Source: a virus. Taken from it: a DNA stretch of 64,000 nt. Every line of letters starts with the position of its first letter. Positions within the stretch are counted from its first letter, which is position 1. The notes under the pieces were generated by a model. It was not told the DNA's origin and ran no database searches. It was given only the letters and a program-made list of their open reading frames with translations. The stretch is from IMG/VR virus record IMGVR_UViG_3300008453_000627. One strand, written 5' to 3'. Shown here piece by piece: positions 1-9,002 of this stretch. The position numbers and the translations under genes were made by a program.

Positions 1-93
1 GTAATTGTCACCTGCTACGGTAGCAGGTGCAGGTTGCGCTGTTGGATTGGGAAAGTAATAAATGGTCACAGTGTTATATTTACCCTATTAAAT

Positions 94-1893
94 TTATGAA
101 GATCTTACAGTCAAATCTAGAATATCAAAGTATCCAAGGCCAGTGTCATAGCAAATGTATATGGCAGCGTTGACATCGTCATAATAATAGTCGCCAGGTT
201 TAAGATCACTTAAACTCAATCCGTTAGCAGCATCTGCATTGGTATACATCTTAGGAGCGGAAGTTGTTTGTAAAGAACCATCTGGAAACACAAGGCCAGT
301 GATTCCAGTTCCATCTGTATAGGCAGGCATGCCCACACTTCCTATATAGAAATTCTTTGCTCTAACAGGTATCGCATCTCCTGCAGAATCTGTTATATCT
401 AAACTGCCGTCGGCGTTTATTGAAATTACATTGCCGCCGAGATAGATGCTGTTGCCGCTTATATAAATTTCACCCCATGCAGCAGTGGGAGAACCCAAAC
501 TCTGTAGTCCATCGGTTGCAGGCACAATGCTATAGCCTGTTTCGATGGTGATAGTGCCGCTGCCATCACTTACCATCCCCGGAACAGCACTGCCGGTATA
601 GCCAATACTGCCAGTGTAGCCAGTGTCACCAAATGATCCAGTATAACCAACTGATCCATCAACACCGGCTGATCCAGTGTAACCAACACTGCCAGTATAG
701 CCAATATCACCTTGGCTACCAACAAAACCCGCACTACCAACAAAACCCGCACTACCAACAAAACCCGCACTACCGGTATAACCTATATCACCTTGGCTAC
801 CTGTGTAACCTTGACTTCCGCTGTATCCTATACTACCTGTATAGCCTTGGCTACCTGTGAAACCTAAATCGCCCTTACTACCTGAGAATCCGATCTCTCC
901 TTGTTCTCCTTGGCTACCTGTATAGCCTTGGCTACCTGTATAGCCTTGGTCACCTCGACTACCGGTGAAGCCTTGGTCACCGGCTGGACCTGTGATGTTT
1001 CCTACATCAACCCAAATAGTCCCATTCCATATCCAAAGATGACCGGTATCTTCCGTAATGTATCCATCACCGATATCCCCAGTATATGGTGCCGGAAGAG
1101 ATACATTATCTGCAACCGTTCCTAATAAAGTAACACTTGTTCCATCGGCCCCTCGGCTACCTACATAACCTACATCACCTTGACTACCTACATAACCAAT
1201 ATCACCTCGACTACCGGTATAGCCTATATCGCCCCGACTACCTACATAACCTACATCACCTTGACTACCTACATAACCAATATCACCTCGACTACCGGTA
1301 TAACCCTCACTACCAGTGTAACCAATATCTCCTTGGCTACCGCTGTAACCAACATCGCCTTGTGAGCCAGTATAACCAACATCACCCTGACTGCCTACAA
1401 ATCCAATATCGCCTTGACTACCAACGAATCCAACATCGCCTTGTGAGCCAGTGTAACCTAAATCACCTTGGCTTCCTACAAATCCAACATCACCTTGAGA
1501 TCCAGTAAATCCTGCACCTTGTGACCCGGTATAACCAACATTGCCTTGACTACCTGTGTAACCTTGAGGCGCTTGAACTACTCCTATATCGACCCATTGA
1601 TCGCCGTCCCAAAGCCAAAAATTTCCAGTATTCTGAACAACTAGCGTGTCTCCAACAGCACCTTGGTACGCAACATCTAGATCAGATTGTAATGGCACAC
1701 TGCCAATTACATTTAAACTAACTCCATTTCCACCCGTGCCTTGCGCATATATAGGAAGGCCGCCAGGAGTAATCCCGTCGCTTAATCTCAATTCTCCCGT
1801 GTCGACATTGAAGAAGATACTACCTTCGTCGCCGATGTATTCTGCAATTTCGCTCTTGACTAAACCTGCTTTTATCTTTCGAAAGAATGCCAT
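94..1893 (-). CDS. tail fibre protein with collagen-like G-x-x repeats
   Basis: 599 aa; long runs of the nonapeptide GYTGSQGDxG (collagen triple-helix type); non-repetitive C-terminal domain; sits in the fibre module. Confidence 0.7.
   Translation of the reverse strand: MAFFRKIKAGLVKSEIAEYIGDEGSIFFNVDTGELRLSDGITPGGLPIYAQGTGGNGVSLNVIGSVPLQSDLDVAYQGAVGDTLVVQNTGNFWLWDGDQWVDIGVVQAPQGYTGSQGNVGYTGSQGAGFTGSQGDVGFVGSQGDLGYTGSQGDVGFVGSQGDIGFVGSQGDVGYTGSQGDVGYSGSQGDIGYTGSEGYTGSRGDIGYVGSQGDVGYVGSRGDIGYTGSRGDIGYVGSQGDVGYVGSRGADGTSVTLLGTVADNVSLPAPYTGDIGDGYITEDTGHLWIWNGTIWVDVGNITGPAGDQGFTGSRGDQGYTGSQGYTGSQGEQGEIGFSGSKGDLGFTGSQGYTGSIGYSGSQGYTGSQGDIGYTGSAGFVGSAGFVGSAGFVGSQGDIGYTGSVGYTGSAGVDGSVGYTGSFGDTGYTGSIGYTGSAVPGMVSDGSGTITIETGYSIVPATDGLQSLGSPTAAWGEIYISGNSIYLGGNVISINADGSLDITDSAGDAIPVRAKNFYIGSVGMPAYTDGTGITGLVFPDGSLQTTSAPKMYTNADAANGLSLSDLKPGDYYYDDVNAAIYICYDTGLGYFDILDLTVRSS
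570..1560. repeat. 27-bp periodic coding repeat (collagen nonapeptide units) inside the tail fibre gene
   Basis: repeated ggttatactggtagtcaaggtgatrtngg-type units visible in the DNA; the + strand ORFs here are mirror-frame artefacts. Confidence 0.6.
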
Positions 1894-1911
1894 TTTCGCT
1901 CCTGGCTATTC

Positions 1912-2181
1912 TTATCTAGTAAAAGGGCTTCTTCTTGGACTTAATGGAGGTGCCGGTTCTGATTCGTCTTGTGTTAAGTCGTTTATTACCGGACTTGATT
2001 TACCTACGGCAGCTTTTTTCAGTTCTATATCTTGTTGCAATGGAGGAACCATAGTTGGATTAAGATCTAGCTCTTGAGGATCTTTGGCATCCTCATCACC
2101 TGCCATGTCGATTTCAGGATCACCGTCACCGTTGATCTTGATAGTAATTGGCACGTTAATTACAAATTCTCTTGCTCTCAT
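1912..2181 (-). CDS. hypothetical protein
   Basis: 89 aa ORF between fibre genes, same strand. Confidence 0.4.
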   Translation of the reverse strand: MRAREFVINVPITIKINGDGDPEIDMAGDEDAKDPQELDLNPTMVPPLQQDIELKKAAVGKSSPVINDLTQDESEPAPPLSPRRSPFTR

Positions 2182-2185
2182 AATA

Positions 2186-2479
2186 TTATTTATCGTTAAT
2201 TGGAGGCCAATTTTCGGCGCTTTCTACTTCACTAAAATCTAACAGAATCCATTGATTTCTTTTTAAGTTCCAGCACCACATATGATACTCGTCCTCGTAT
2301 TCGTAGGGTTTAGTGTTAATGTCGCAAAACTCTGGATTTAAAGTAAGCAACATTACAGATTTTATGCTTTCATTGCTGGTATTATTTTTCAACTCAACCA
2401 GCAATATTTCTTCTTCTAAAACACTTGGCATAACTTTTGCCAGCATTTCATAACTGTCGGGTAAATTAATTTCTTCCAT
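2186..2479 (-). CDS. hypothetical protein
   Basis: 97 aa ORF, compact spacing with neighbours. Confidence 0.45.
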   Translation of the reverse strand: MEEINLPDSYEMLAKVMPSVLEEEILLVELKNNTSNESIKSVMLLTLNPEFCDINTKPYEYEDEYHMWCWNLKRNQWILLDFSEVESAENWPPINDK

Positions 2480-2534
2480 ACAGTATTTAACGCAGGAAAT
2501 TGTTCAGGATAAAAAAGCGGGTTTCCCCGCTTTT

Positions 2535-5500
2535 TTAAGCTTGTGCTTCTGTCCAAGAAATTCTGCTGGCAATAGCATAGTTTTCTGAACCAATATTCCT
2601 AGCACTGATCAACAAAACATCAGGTCCGTTTGGAAAACACCAGTTGGGATTAGATCCGTCACCGCTAATTATACTAGTTCCCAGATCTCTAACATCAGTA
2701 AGTTCGATGTTGGTATTGTTAAACTGTCTAGTTCCGCCGCCGAATTCAGTATAAGTGCCAAAAATTCTATCTCCGCCGGTAAAGGCTCCAGTAGCAGCAG
2801 TATTAGAGCCTGTACTGCCAGAACCGTTAAAATAGTACACTTGTGCAAGACTTCCTGAACCTACTGTACTTGTTTGCCAGTTCGATGCAGATGTCCAACC
2901 TCCGCCCGTGATAGTAGCAGGATTTAAAATACCTTCAATCAAGAATGTACCTTGACTGTAAATGCTCAGTTCTTTTAGGGTTAGTTGCATACGATTAACC
3001 AGTTCACGAATGCCATAATTACGTCCAGTGCCTGAATCTACGCTTGGTGAAATTCTAATCATTAGCAATGGACGTTGTTCGCCTTGTGCTACAGTTAAGT
3101 ATCGTAACATACCAGCAGTAAATCTAATTTCTTTGTCAACATCATATCTACCATCCATGATAACTGACACACCCCAATGGCTTACCACAGGAGCACAATC
3201 ATTATAGGCATATTGTACGCTGACCTGTTCAACTCCTAGACCACCAACACCTACATCTGGTGTAAAGGTATATGTACCTACACCTCCTCTTGTTGGAATA
3301 CCAGTGGCAGTAAATGTTCCAGTAAAATCAACACCTGCTGTTGTATAACTGGTTCTTCTGGTTAAACCAGTTAGCGGATAACCTCTAGCTGTAGAGTTGT
3401 ACGCTCCTTTGCCAGTATATCTAACAAGTTCAGCATTAGTTGTATCTTGAACAAATACATAACCTTCGCTTGGCCAAAATTCTGCATCTTCTACATACAA
3501 TGTTGTATCACCGGATTGCAATGCACTACCTCTTGTGCCTACGGCACCCGCAACTAGTCTACTGTTGTATCCATAGTTTGCAACTTCAAATCTTGCAGGT
3601 AAGTTACCGCTGCGCATGTAAGCTGAAGTATTGATGTTGTTGTTGGCAACTTTATGACAGTAAACAATGTCCCCCATAGGGCCACGGAATCCATAACGTA
3701 TAAATCCAGCACCGTACCATGTGTAGTCGATGTAGGCCATTTGCATTTTACCAACATCAAGAGTATATCCGCTAGGTCCTGTTCCGTCCATCTTATCTAA
3801 ATTCCATTTGCTCTGCGGGAAATAGAAATTTTGTGTTTTTAGATACTTTGCTTGAGTTGCCTGTGCTGTAGGTCCTCGATAAACAGGTTGGATTCTTAAA
3901 TCAGTATCAGAAGTGATTTGAACAATTTCGTAACTTTGTCCTTTGATAACAATTTTATCACCTACGATTAACTGTTCTCTAAACCTGGTATTAGTTCCTG
4001 TAACAAGACCTGAGTTTTGTGTGCAAGTTACTTTTCCAAACATTTCTTTAATACTTTGACGTCTTGCAGCAAACAGTGTTTGACCGTCATATTCAAAGTA
4101 GAAACCGTTTTGTTCATCGTACATGCCAGAACGAACAGTAGAACCCTTCCATGCTACGCAAGTAGCATAAAGTTCTACACCGCCTGGTGCAATATCTACG
4201 AACCCGCTGTCGGCAGTCATTGACACTGTAAATTCTTTTGTGCTGACAATTCCAGTTACAGGAAAAGTTCCGTTGTAAGGGTTTGATCCCGATCCTACTC
4301 TGATACCTTCTAATCTTACACTTGCACCAACTTGCATTATGTGATCCTGGAAAGTTTTAACGTTTACAGTTTTAGTTCCAGCACCTGAACTGCTGGCAAC
4401 TAAGCTGTCTATATCAAAAGTAGGTGTAAACTTAACACCAGTTGAGAACTGCATAGACTTACCAGACTGATAGCGGAAGTATCTACGAGTTTGACGAATA
4501 ATCTGTACACCAATTAAGTTAGTGCCTGTAGTAATGGATACACCACCGTCTGTAGCTCTATGTTGAACGTAACCTTCGGGTCTTGTGTAAAGTCTAGCAC
4601 TGCCCGGAATACTAACTGCACCTACAGTGTAAAACGGACTCGAAAATACCATAGTAGTTGGCGTTTCTAAAGTATGAACAGTCCAATTTCCGTTTGGGGG
4701 GTTAGTTGTCGAAGTCAATCCTAAAGTTGTGATTGCAGTTGCTGGCAATAGTCCATGAGGGTTAACAGTTGTAATTGTTACATCACTACCGTTGATAGTG
4801 ACTGCACCAGATGTTGCACCTGTAAGGGTTGAGTTTAAGAAAATATCAGTACCGTTAATTTCAACAATGAGGGAGTTAGCTGGCACGTTGGCTGCAACAA
4901 GGTTAGTGTTGACATACACTTCTGTAACACTGTCTAACCTTACATGTCTACCACCGCTGGCATTACCTGCAAAAGAAACGTTACCACTTACGTTACCTGA
5001 GTTAGTGTTAGACAATGTAATTGTTGTACCGCTGATATCGGTGACATAAGCAGCGGCGTTAATACCTGTTCCTGAAACTTTTAAACCTTTGACAATACCT
5101 GCATTACTACCAACCGTAATTGTACTTTGTCCAATAATACCTGATCCTGTGGTTACTATGGTAGTAAACGGAGAAACGGTCGGTGTTGCTAATGCAACAG
5201 GTGCAGTAGTAACACTCTGCATAGGAATACCAGAAAAGTCGTATATGCCGCCGCCTGTTAAAGTTGTTAGACCAATATCAAAAATGCTACCGTTAACTTG
5301 TCCTTTTGCAAGATAAGTTAATGTTGTTCCGCTGGCAGTTTGTACAAAAAATGTTCCTTCTGCAAGTTGATTTGTAGTTTCATTAATTGAAATAACATCT
5401 CCAGCAACTAATCCGTGAGCAGTGCTGGTTGTTACAGTCATAGTAGAATAAGGACTAGCATTATTACCAACAACATCTGCAATATCAAAGGTGTTAGCTC

Positions 5501-5975
5501 CAGATCCTTTAGGGAATAAACTATGATAGTTCTGCACCATTGAAAGATTTTCCCATTTGCTGGGCTGTACAGAATATTCAAAATCCGTATCAATCATACT
5601 TTGCGGAGTAGACACACGCATCTTATCAACAGGATCTACCAGCACTTCAGAAGCACGAATTTTAACACTATCACGCATGTCTTCAACGTATACAAGTAAT
5701 TTGTCTGAGCTTGAATGACTTGTAGTATCTAACTTTAGTGTTATTGTAGTAACACCTTCATAATTGTTTCCAATGTTAGTTAATTCTTCAGTTAGAGAAT
5801 GTGTTACAGACACCGCGCCTCTAGTAGCATCTGCAAAGTTATAGATAATTTCGTTTCTAGTTGTATTTGTAATTAGTAAAATTCTATCAATATCTATTTT
5901 ACCCATTAACTTTACTACACCTGTATTTGCTGCACCAGGAGTGTATGTATAGTTTGTAATTCTTGTTTTTGCCAC
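2535..5975 (-). CDS. large tail fibre / structural protein (gp34/gp37-like size), GTG start
   Basis: 1146 aa, Ser/Thr/Gly/Asn-rich beta-structure-like sequence; the start codon reads GTG (…tcttgtttttgccac on the + strand); adjacent to other fibre genes. Confidence 0.6.
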   Translation of the reverse strand: MAKTRITNYTYTPGAANTGVVKLMGKIDIDRILLITNTTRNEIIYNFADATRGAVSVTHSLTEELTNIGNNYEGVTTITLKLDTTSHSSSDKLLVYVEDMRDSVKIRASEVLVDPVDKMRVSTPQSMIDTDFEYSVQPSKWENLSMVQNYHSLFPKGSGANTFDIADVVGNNASPYSTMTVTTSTAHGLVAGDVISINETTNQLAEGTFFVQTASGTTLTYLAKGQVNGSIFDIGLTTLTGGGIYDFSGIPMQSVTTAPVALATPTVSPFTTIVTTGSGIIGQSTITVGSNAGIVKGLKVSGTGINAAAYVTDISGTTITLSNTNSGNVSGNVSFAGNASGGRHVRLDSVTEVYVNTNLVAANVPANSLIVEINGTDIFLNSTLTGATSGAVTINGSDVTITTVNPHGLLPATAITTLGLTSTTNPPNGNWTVHTLETPTTMVFSSPFYTVGAVSIPGSARLYTRPEGYVQHRATDGGVSITTGTNLIGVQIIRQTRRYFRYQSGKSMQFSTGVKFTPTFDIDSLVASSSGAGTKTVNVKTFQDHIMQVGASVRLEGIRVGSGSNPYNGTFPVTGIVSTKEFTVSMTADSGFVDIAPGGVELYATCVAWKGSTVRSGMYDEQNGFYFEYDGQTLFAARRQSIKEMFGKVTCTQNSGLVTGTNTRFREQLIVGDKIVIKGQSYEIVQITSDTDLRIQPVYRGPTAQATQAKYLKTQNFYFPQSKWNLDKMDGTGPSGYTLDVGKMQMAYIDYTWYGAGFIRYGFRGPMGDIVYCHKVANNNINTSAYMRSGNLPARFEVANYGYNSRLVAGAVGTRGSALQSGDTTLYVEDAEFWPSEGYVFVQDTTNAELVRYTGKGAYNSTARGYPLTGLTRRTSYTTAGVDFTGTFTATGIPTRGGVGTYTFTPDVGVGGLGVEQVSVQYAYNDCAPVVSHWGVSVIMDGRYDVDKEIRFTAGMLRYLTVAQGEQRPLLMIRISPSVDSGTGRNYGIRELVNRMQLTLKELSIYSQGTFLIEGILNPATITGGGWTSASNWQTSTVGSGSLAQVYYFNGSGSTGSNTAATGAFTGGDRIFGTYTEFGGGTRQFNNTNIELTDVRDLGTSIISGDGSNPNWCFPNGPDVLLISARNIGSENYAIASRISWTEAQA

Positions 5976-5990
5976 TTTGTTTTTCCTTTA

Positions 5991-6620
5991 TTAGACACCA
6001 AATACGATTCCAGCAACTAAAGACTGGATATCAACATATTGTTTTGTTGTGATTGAGTTTGCACTTGTTCCTTGAGCGCTGACAGTTGCGCCGCTGGCTG
6101 CAACAATGTTTACAACACCTGTGCCGTTGGTTGTAATGTCAATGTTTCCGTTTACACCGTCGTAAATTCTTACGCTGCCTGAGTTTGTTCCGGAGTTTGT
6201 ATTTAAAATCAAATCTCCAGTTCCATTTGTTGTTAATGTTGCATTGGCATTTGAGTCACCAATTCTAACAGTATCCGAAGTTAGATAAACATCTCCTGTT
6301 CCGTTAGGAGCAAGTTCTATGTTTCCGTTGACTCCTTGTACAATCCTTACTGTTCCGCTGTTGGTACCTGAATTAGTTGTTAACAATAAGTCTTGAGTGC
6401 TGTTTGAAGTTAATTGCCCAGCAGCACTACCGCTACCTATAAATAGTGTTCCGCCTACACTTAGAGTAGAAAGAGATCCTAGTGCAGAAAAAACAATGGC
6501 TGCAGGTGTTAATTTTTTAGTTTCAGAAGAACTAACATCTGCGATTGGTAAAAAGTCGGCATTTGCGTCTACATCTATTTGGGCTAGTAAGTCTAACTCA
6601 CTTATCTTACGATCTGGCAT
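5991..6620 (-). CDS. tail fibre protein (repeat-containing)
   Basis: 209 aa; N-terminus MPDRKISELD…; internal repeats NSGTNSGTVRIxxGVNGNIxxxxNGTG. Confidence 0.6.
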   Translation of the reverse strand: MPDRKISELDLLAQIDVDANADFLPIADVSSSETKKLTPAAIVFSALGSLSTLSVGGTLFIGSGSAAGQLTSNSTQDLLLTTNSGTNSGTVRIVQGVNGNIELAPNGTGDVYLTSDTVRIGDSNANATLTTNGTGDLILNTNSGTNSGSVRIYDGVNGNIDITTNGTGVVNIVAASGATVSAQGTSANSITTKQYVDIQSLVAGIVFGV

Positions 6621-6693
6621 TGGAAATCTCCGGGTAAATCATATAGTATAATATTTAGCAATACTGCATTTAGTTTTTTAGGTTATATATAGA

Positions 6694-6722
6694 TTGACTT
6701 TGATTACAAGAAAGTATACAAT
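6694..6722 (+). promoter_or_regulatory. sigma70-like promoter (TTGACT-N17-TACAAT)
   Basis: ttgact 6694-6699, 17-nt spacer, tacaat 6717-6722, ATG at 6730. Confidence 0.45.
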
Positions 6723-6729
6723 ATAAATT

Positions 6730-7005
6730 ATGCGTATAAAACCAGGAGAATCTTTTGAAAGTTGGGCAGCTCGTGTCCAACAGTATGAATACGGATATGC
6801 ACTTCAAAGTATTGCAGAAGGGCATAATATTGACGAAGTATTTGAATCGATGGCTAAAAGAATACAACAAAAACTTATGCATCCTGTTATTGTTGCTCTT
6901 AAAAACAAACCTGTTGAGTTTGATTCTGAAGCCAGCAAAAAGGCCTACAAAGAGGCCTATTTGAATAAAAATGGTCCTAAATCAGACCATGTTAGTGAAG
7001 ATTAA
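6730..7005 (+). CDS. hypothetical protein
   Basis: 91 aa, lone + strand gene with its own promoter. Confidence 0.5.
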   Translation: MRIKPGESFESWAARVQQYEYGYALQSIAEGHNIDEVFESMAKRIQQKLMHPVIVALKNKPVEFDSEASKKAYKEAYLNKNGPKSDHVSED

Positions 7006-7436
7006 TTACACCAGCTTTGTTTAGCATCACCGTAATATTCACGTGCCAGACCATTTTGAATTAGTCCTGCACGAACGCTTTGTCCGTTAACAATAATGTC
7101 GCCTAGTACACGACCTCCAAACTTGTCCCATGCATATAAGGTAACTTGAATCTTGCCGCCTTGTGAAATAAGCTGTGTAGTAAACTTGCTGGCCAACTGT
7201 GCTCGTTGGTTTTCTTGCGGGCACTGTGCTCTGTGGCCTTTCTCTGGAGTGTCGACTCCAAAGATGCGAACTGCTAACTCAGGCTTCAGCGGCGCTGGAA
7301 GAAAAGGTGCAGAGATAACAATAGTGTCACCGTCACTTACACGTAGAATCTGTGCATCGTAAGTTGCGCCTTTTGGTGTTTTCTGCGCTATAGCCAACAT
7401 TGGCACAGCCAACAATAATAATAAAAGCTTTTTCAT
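7002..7436 (-). CDS. secreted thermonuclease (staphylococcal nuclease/SNase-like)
   Basis: signal peptide MKKLLLLLLAVPMLAIA; DGDTIVISAP…RIFGVDTPEKG motifs typical of the SNase fold. Confidence 0.7.
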   Translation of the reverse strand: MKKLLLLLLAVPMLAIAQKTPKGATYDAQILRVSDGDTIVISAPFLPAPLKPELAVRIFGVDTPEKGHRAQCPQENQRAQLASKFTTQLISQGGKIQVTLYAWDKFGGRVLGDIIVNGQSVRAGLIQNGLAREYYGDAKQSWCN

Positions 7437-7465
7437 AATAGTCCTTAATAAGCTACTATTATTTA

Positions 7466-7885
7466 TTAAAAACTATTGTTAACCCAACCTACTTTTTTGC
7501 CTTCAGCAATCCGACGATCATGTTCAGAAACAGAGCTAGGATAACGCCAAGCCCAACAAGCGACAAGTCCCATAAAAATTGCGGTACTGATAACTCCAAT
7601 TGGTTTTACTCCTGTAAAGAACATGATGATTAAACTGGTAGTCATCATAGCAACCATGAAATATTTCATCTTTAACGGAAACACACGTTTCTCGCCCCAG
7701 TTAGTTAGGAATGGTCCAAACAGTTTGTGATTGTACAACCAATCGTGCATACGTTTATTGCCTTTGGCAAAGCAGTAAGCAGAAAACACAACAAAAGGAC
7801 TATAGGGGATGCCTGGTGTGACAACCCCTATATAGGCTAATCCTAAACTGAAAAATCCCAATATGTTCCAAAACAATTTTTTCAT
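7466..7885 (-). CDS. YbaN/DUF454-like inner-membrane protein
   Basis: 139 aa; GIPYSPFVVFSAYCFAKGNKRMHDWLYNHKLFGPFLTNW matches the YbaN family pattern; TM segments. Confidence 0.6.
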   Translation of the reverse strand: MKKLFWNILGFFSLGLAYIGVVTPGIPYSPFVVFSAYCFAKGNKRMHDWLYNHKLFGPFLTNWGEKRVFPLKMKYFMVAMMTTSLIIMFFTGVKPIGVISTAIFMGLVACWAWRYPSSVSEHDRRIAEGKKVGWVNNSF

Positions 7886-8397
7886 AGATTCATGTATTCC
7901 AACCAGTTATTGTGCCGCACATGTATAGGCTGCTTCTTACGCTTGTTGACCAGTTCCCAAAAGTCAGGCTTATGAGGCTTAAACTTTGGTACGATCTTCT
8001 TGTTGTTACCTTTGTTGGCGTTACATGGGCCACAGGCGCAGACTGTGTTTTCAAACGTAGTCTTACCGCCGTGACTTGTTGGTACAACGTGATCAAGTGT
8101 ACACTTGCTCTTTTCCAAATGATCACCGCAATAGGCACATTTGTAATTGTCGCGTAAAAACACATTAGATTTTGAATATCTAACAGTGGTCTTTGGCTTC
8201 ATGTATTCAGTTAGCATCATAACGCTAGGCACAGGGGTTTCCCATGAGGCGCTATGAACTATCCAACCGTCGTGCCATTCCAGTACACGGGCCTTTTCCA
8301 AGACCATGTACTTGATAGCATCTTGCCAAGTTAGTGTGCTCAAAGGCAAGAAACTAACTGGCTGTGCATCGCTGTTTAATAGTAAAGTGTCGCTCAT
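7882..8397 (-). CDS. HNH endonuclease
   Basis: CAYCGDHL…LDHVVP…N…CACGPCNANKG (HNH and Zn-binding motifs). Confidence 0.75.
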   Translation of the reverse strand: MSDTLLLNSDAQPVSFLPLSTLTWQDAIKYMVLEKARVLEWHDGWIVHSASWETPVPSVMMLTEYMKPKTTVRYSKSNVFLRDNYKCAYCGDHLEKSKCTLDHVVPTSHGGKTTFENTVCACGPCNANKGNNKKIVPKFKPHKPDFWELVNKRKKQPIHVRHNNWLEYMNL

Positions 8398-8450
8398 GAT
8401 TATACTTCTGAGTTTCGTTTATAATATGCTATTATAAACTCAAAAAGTAT

Positions 8451-9002
8451 TTATGCCAAGAGGTTTTGAGCGAATTCTGATCCGGCTAACTCAATAGACT
8501 CAGTCCATTGTGCCTGTGTTTGATAACCAAATACTATCTCGGGATTAGATGTAGCAGTTAACCAACTTTGATTGCGATCATAAGGAGGGTGGCCTTCTAG
8601 TTCGCCAGCTAACTGTCCTTTAGTCCAACCGCATAGTCCTACAAATATTCTCCATTTTAAAGGAGTGTAACCCATAGCCATTTTAGTTAATATTTCTTGG
8701 CTGGAACTAATACTAAAGTGTTTATTAATACACATCGTATTATCGCATACCCAATCATTAGTATGCAACATTGTTAATGCTTTTGCATTAACTGGTCCTC
8801 CAATATGTACCATACCTGGTAAATCTAAAATAGCATTGTTTTGTCTAGCAAATTCTTTAATTGACACTTGGCTTGGCTTGTTTAAAACAAGTCCAACACT
8901 TCCGTTGTTGTGATGTTCTGTTAACAGAACAACTGTCTTTTGAAAAAAGTTTCCCTTTACGCTGGGAGGAGCAATTAATAAGTTTCCTACTAAGTTTTTC
9001 AT
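8451..9002 (-). CDS. AlgH/YqgE (UPF0301) family protein
   Basis: MKNLVGNLLIAPPSVKGNFFQKTVVLLTEHHNNGSVGLVLNKP is the signature N-terminus of YqgE/AlgH. Confidence 0.65.
   Translation of the reverse strand: MKNLVGNLLIAPPSVKGNFFQKTVVLLTEHHNNGSVGLVLNKPSQVSIKEFARQNNAILDLPGMVHIGGPVNAKALTMLHTNDWVCDNTMCINKHFSISSSQEILTKMAMGYTPLKWRIFVGLCGWTKGQLAGELEGHPPYDRNQSWLTATSNPEIVFGYQTQAQWTESIELAGSEFAQNLLA

Noticed and set aside
1-67. Partial minus-strand ORF running off the left edge (GTG at ~65-67: VTIYYFPNPTAQPAPATVAGDNY…)
   Set aside because: It is too short, and its start is ambiguous. It may be the 5' end of another fibre-module gene. It is not reported as a feature.
633-2077. Six + strand ORFs (633..860, 901..1125, 1137..1508, 1180..1365, 1521..1721, 1646..2077) inside the collagen-repeat fibre gene
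   Set aside because: They are mirror-frame or antisense artefacts of the highly periodic coding repeat. They are low-complexity, His/Tyr/Leu-rich, and have no start context.
1894-6700. T4-type late promoters (TATAAATA) upstream of tail-fibre genes
   Set aside because: I searched the minus-strand upstream regions of 1893, 5975 and 6620. I found only partial matches (TAAATATTA, TAAGAATA) and no exact TATAAATA.
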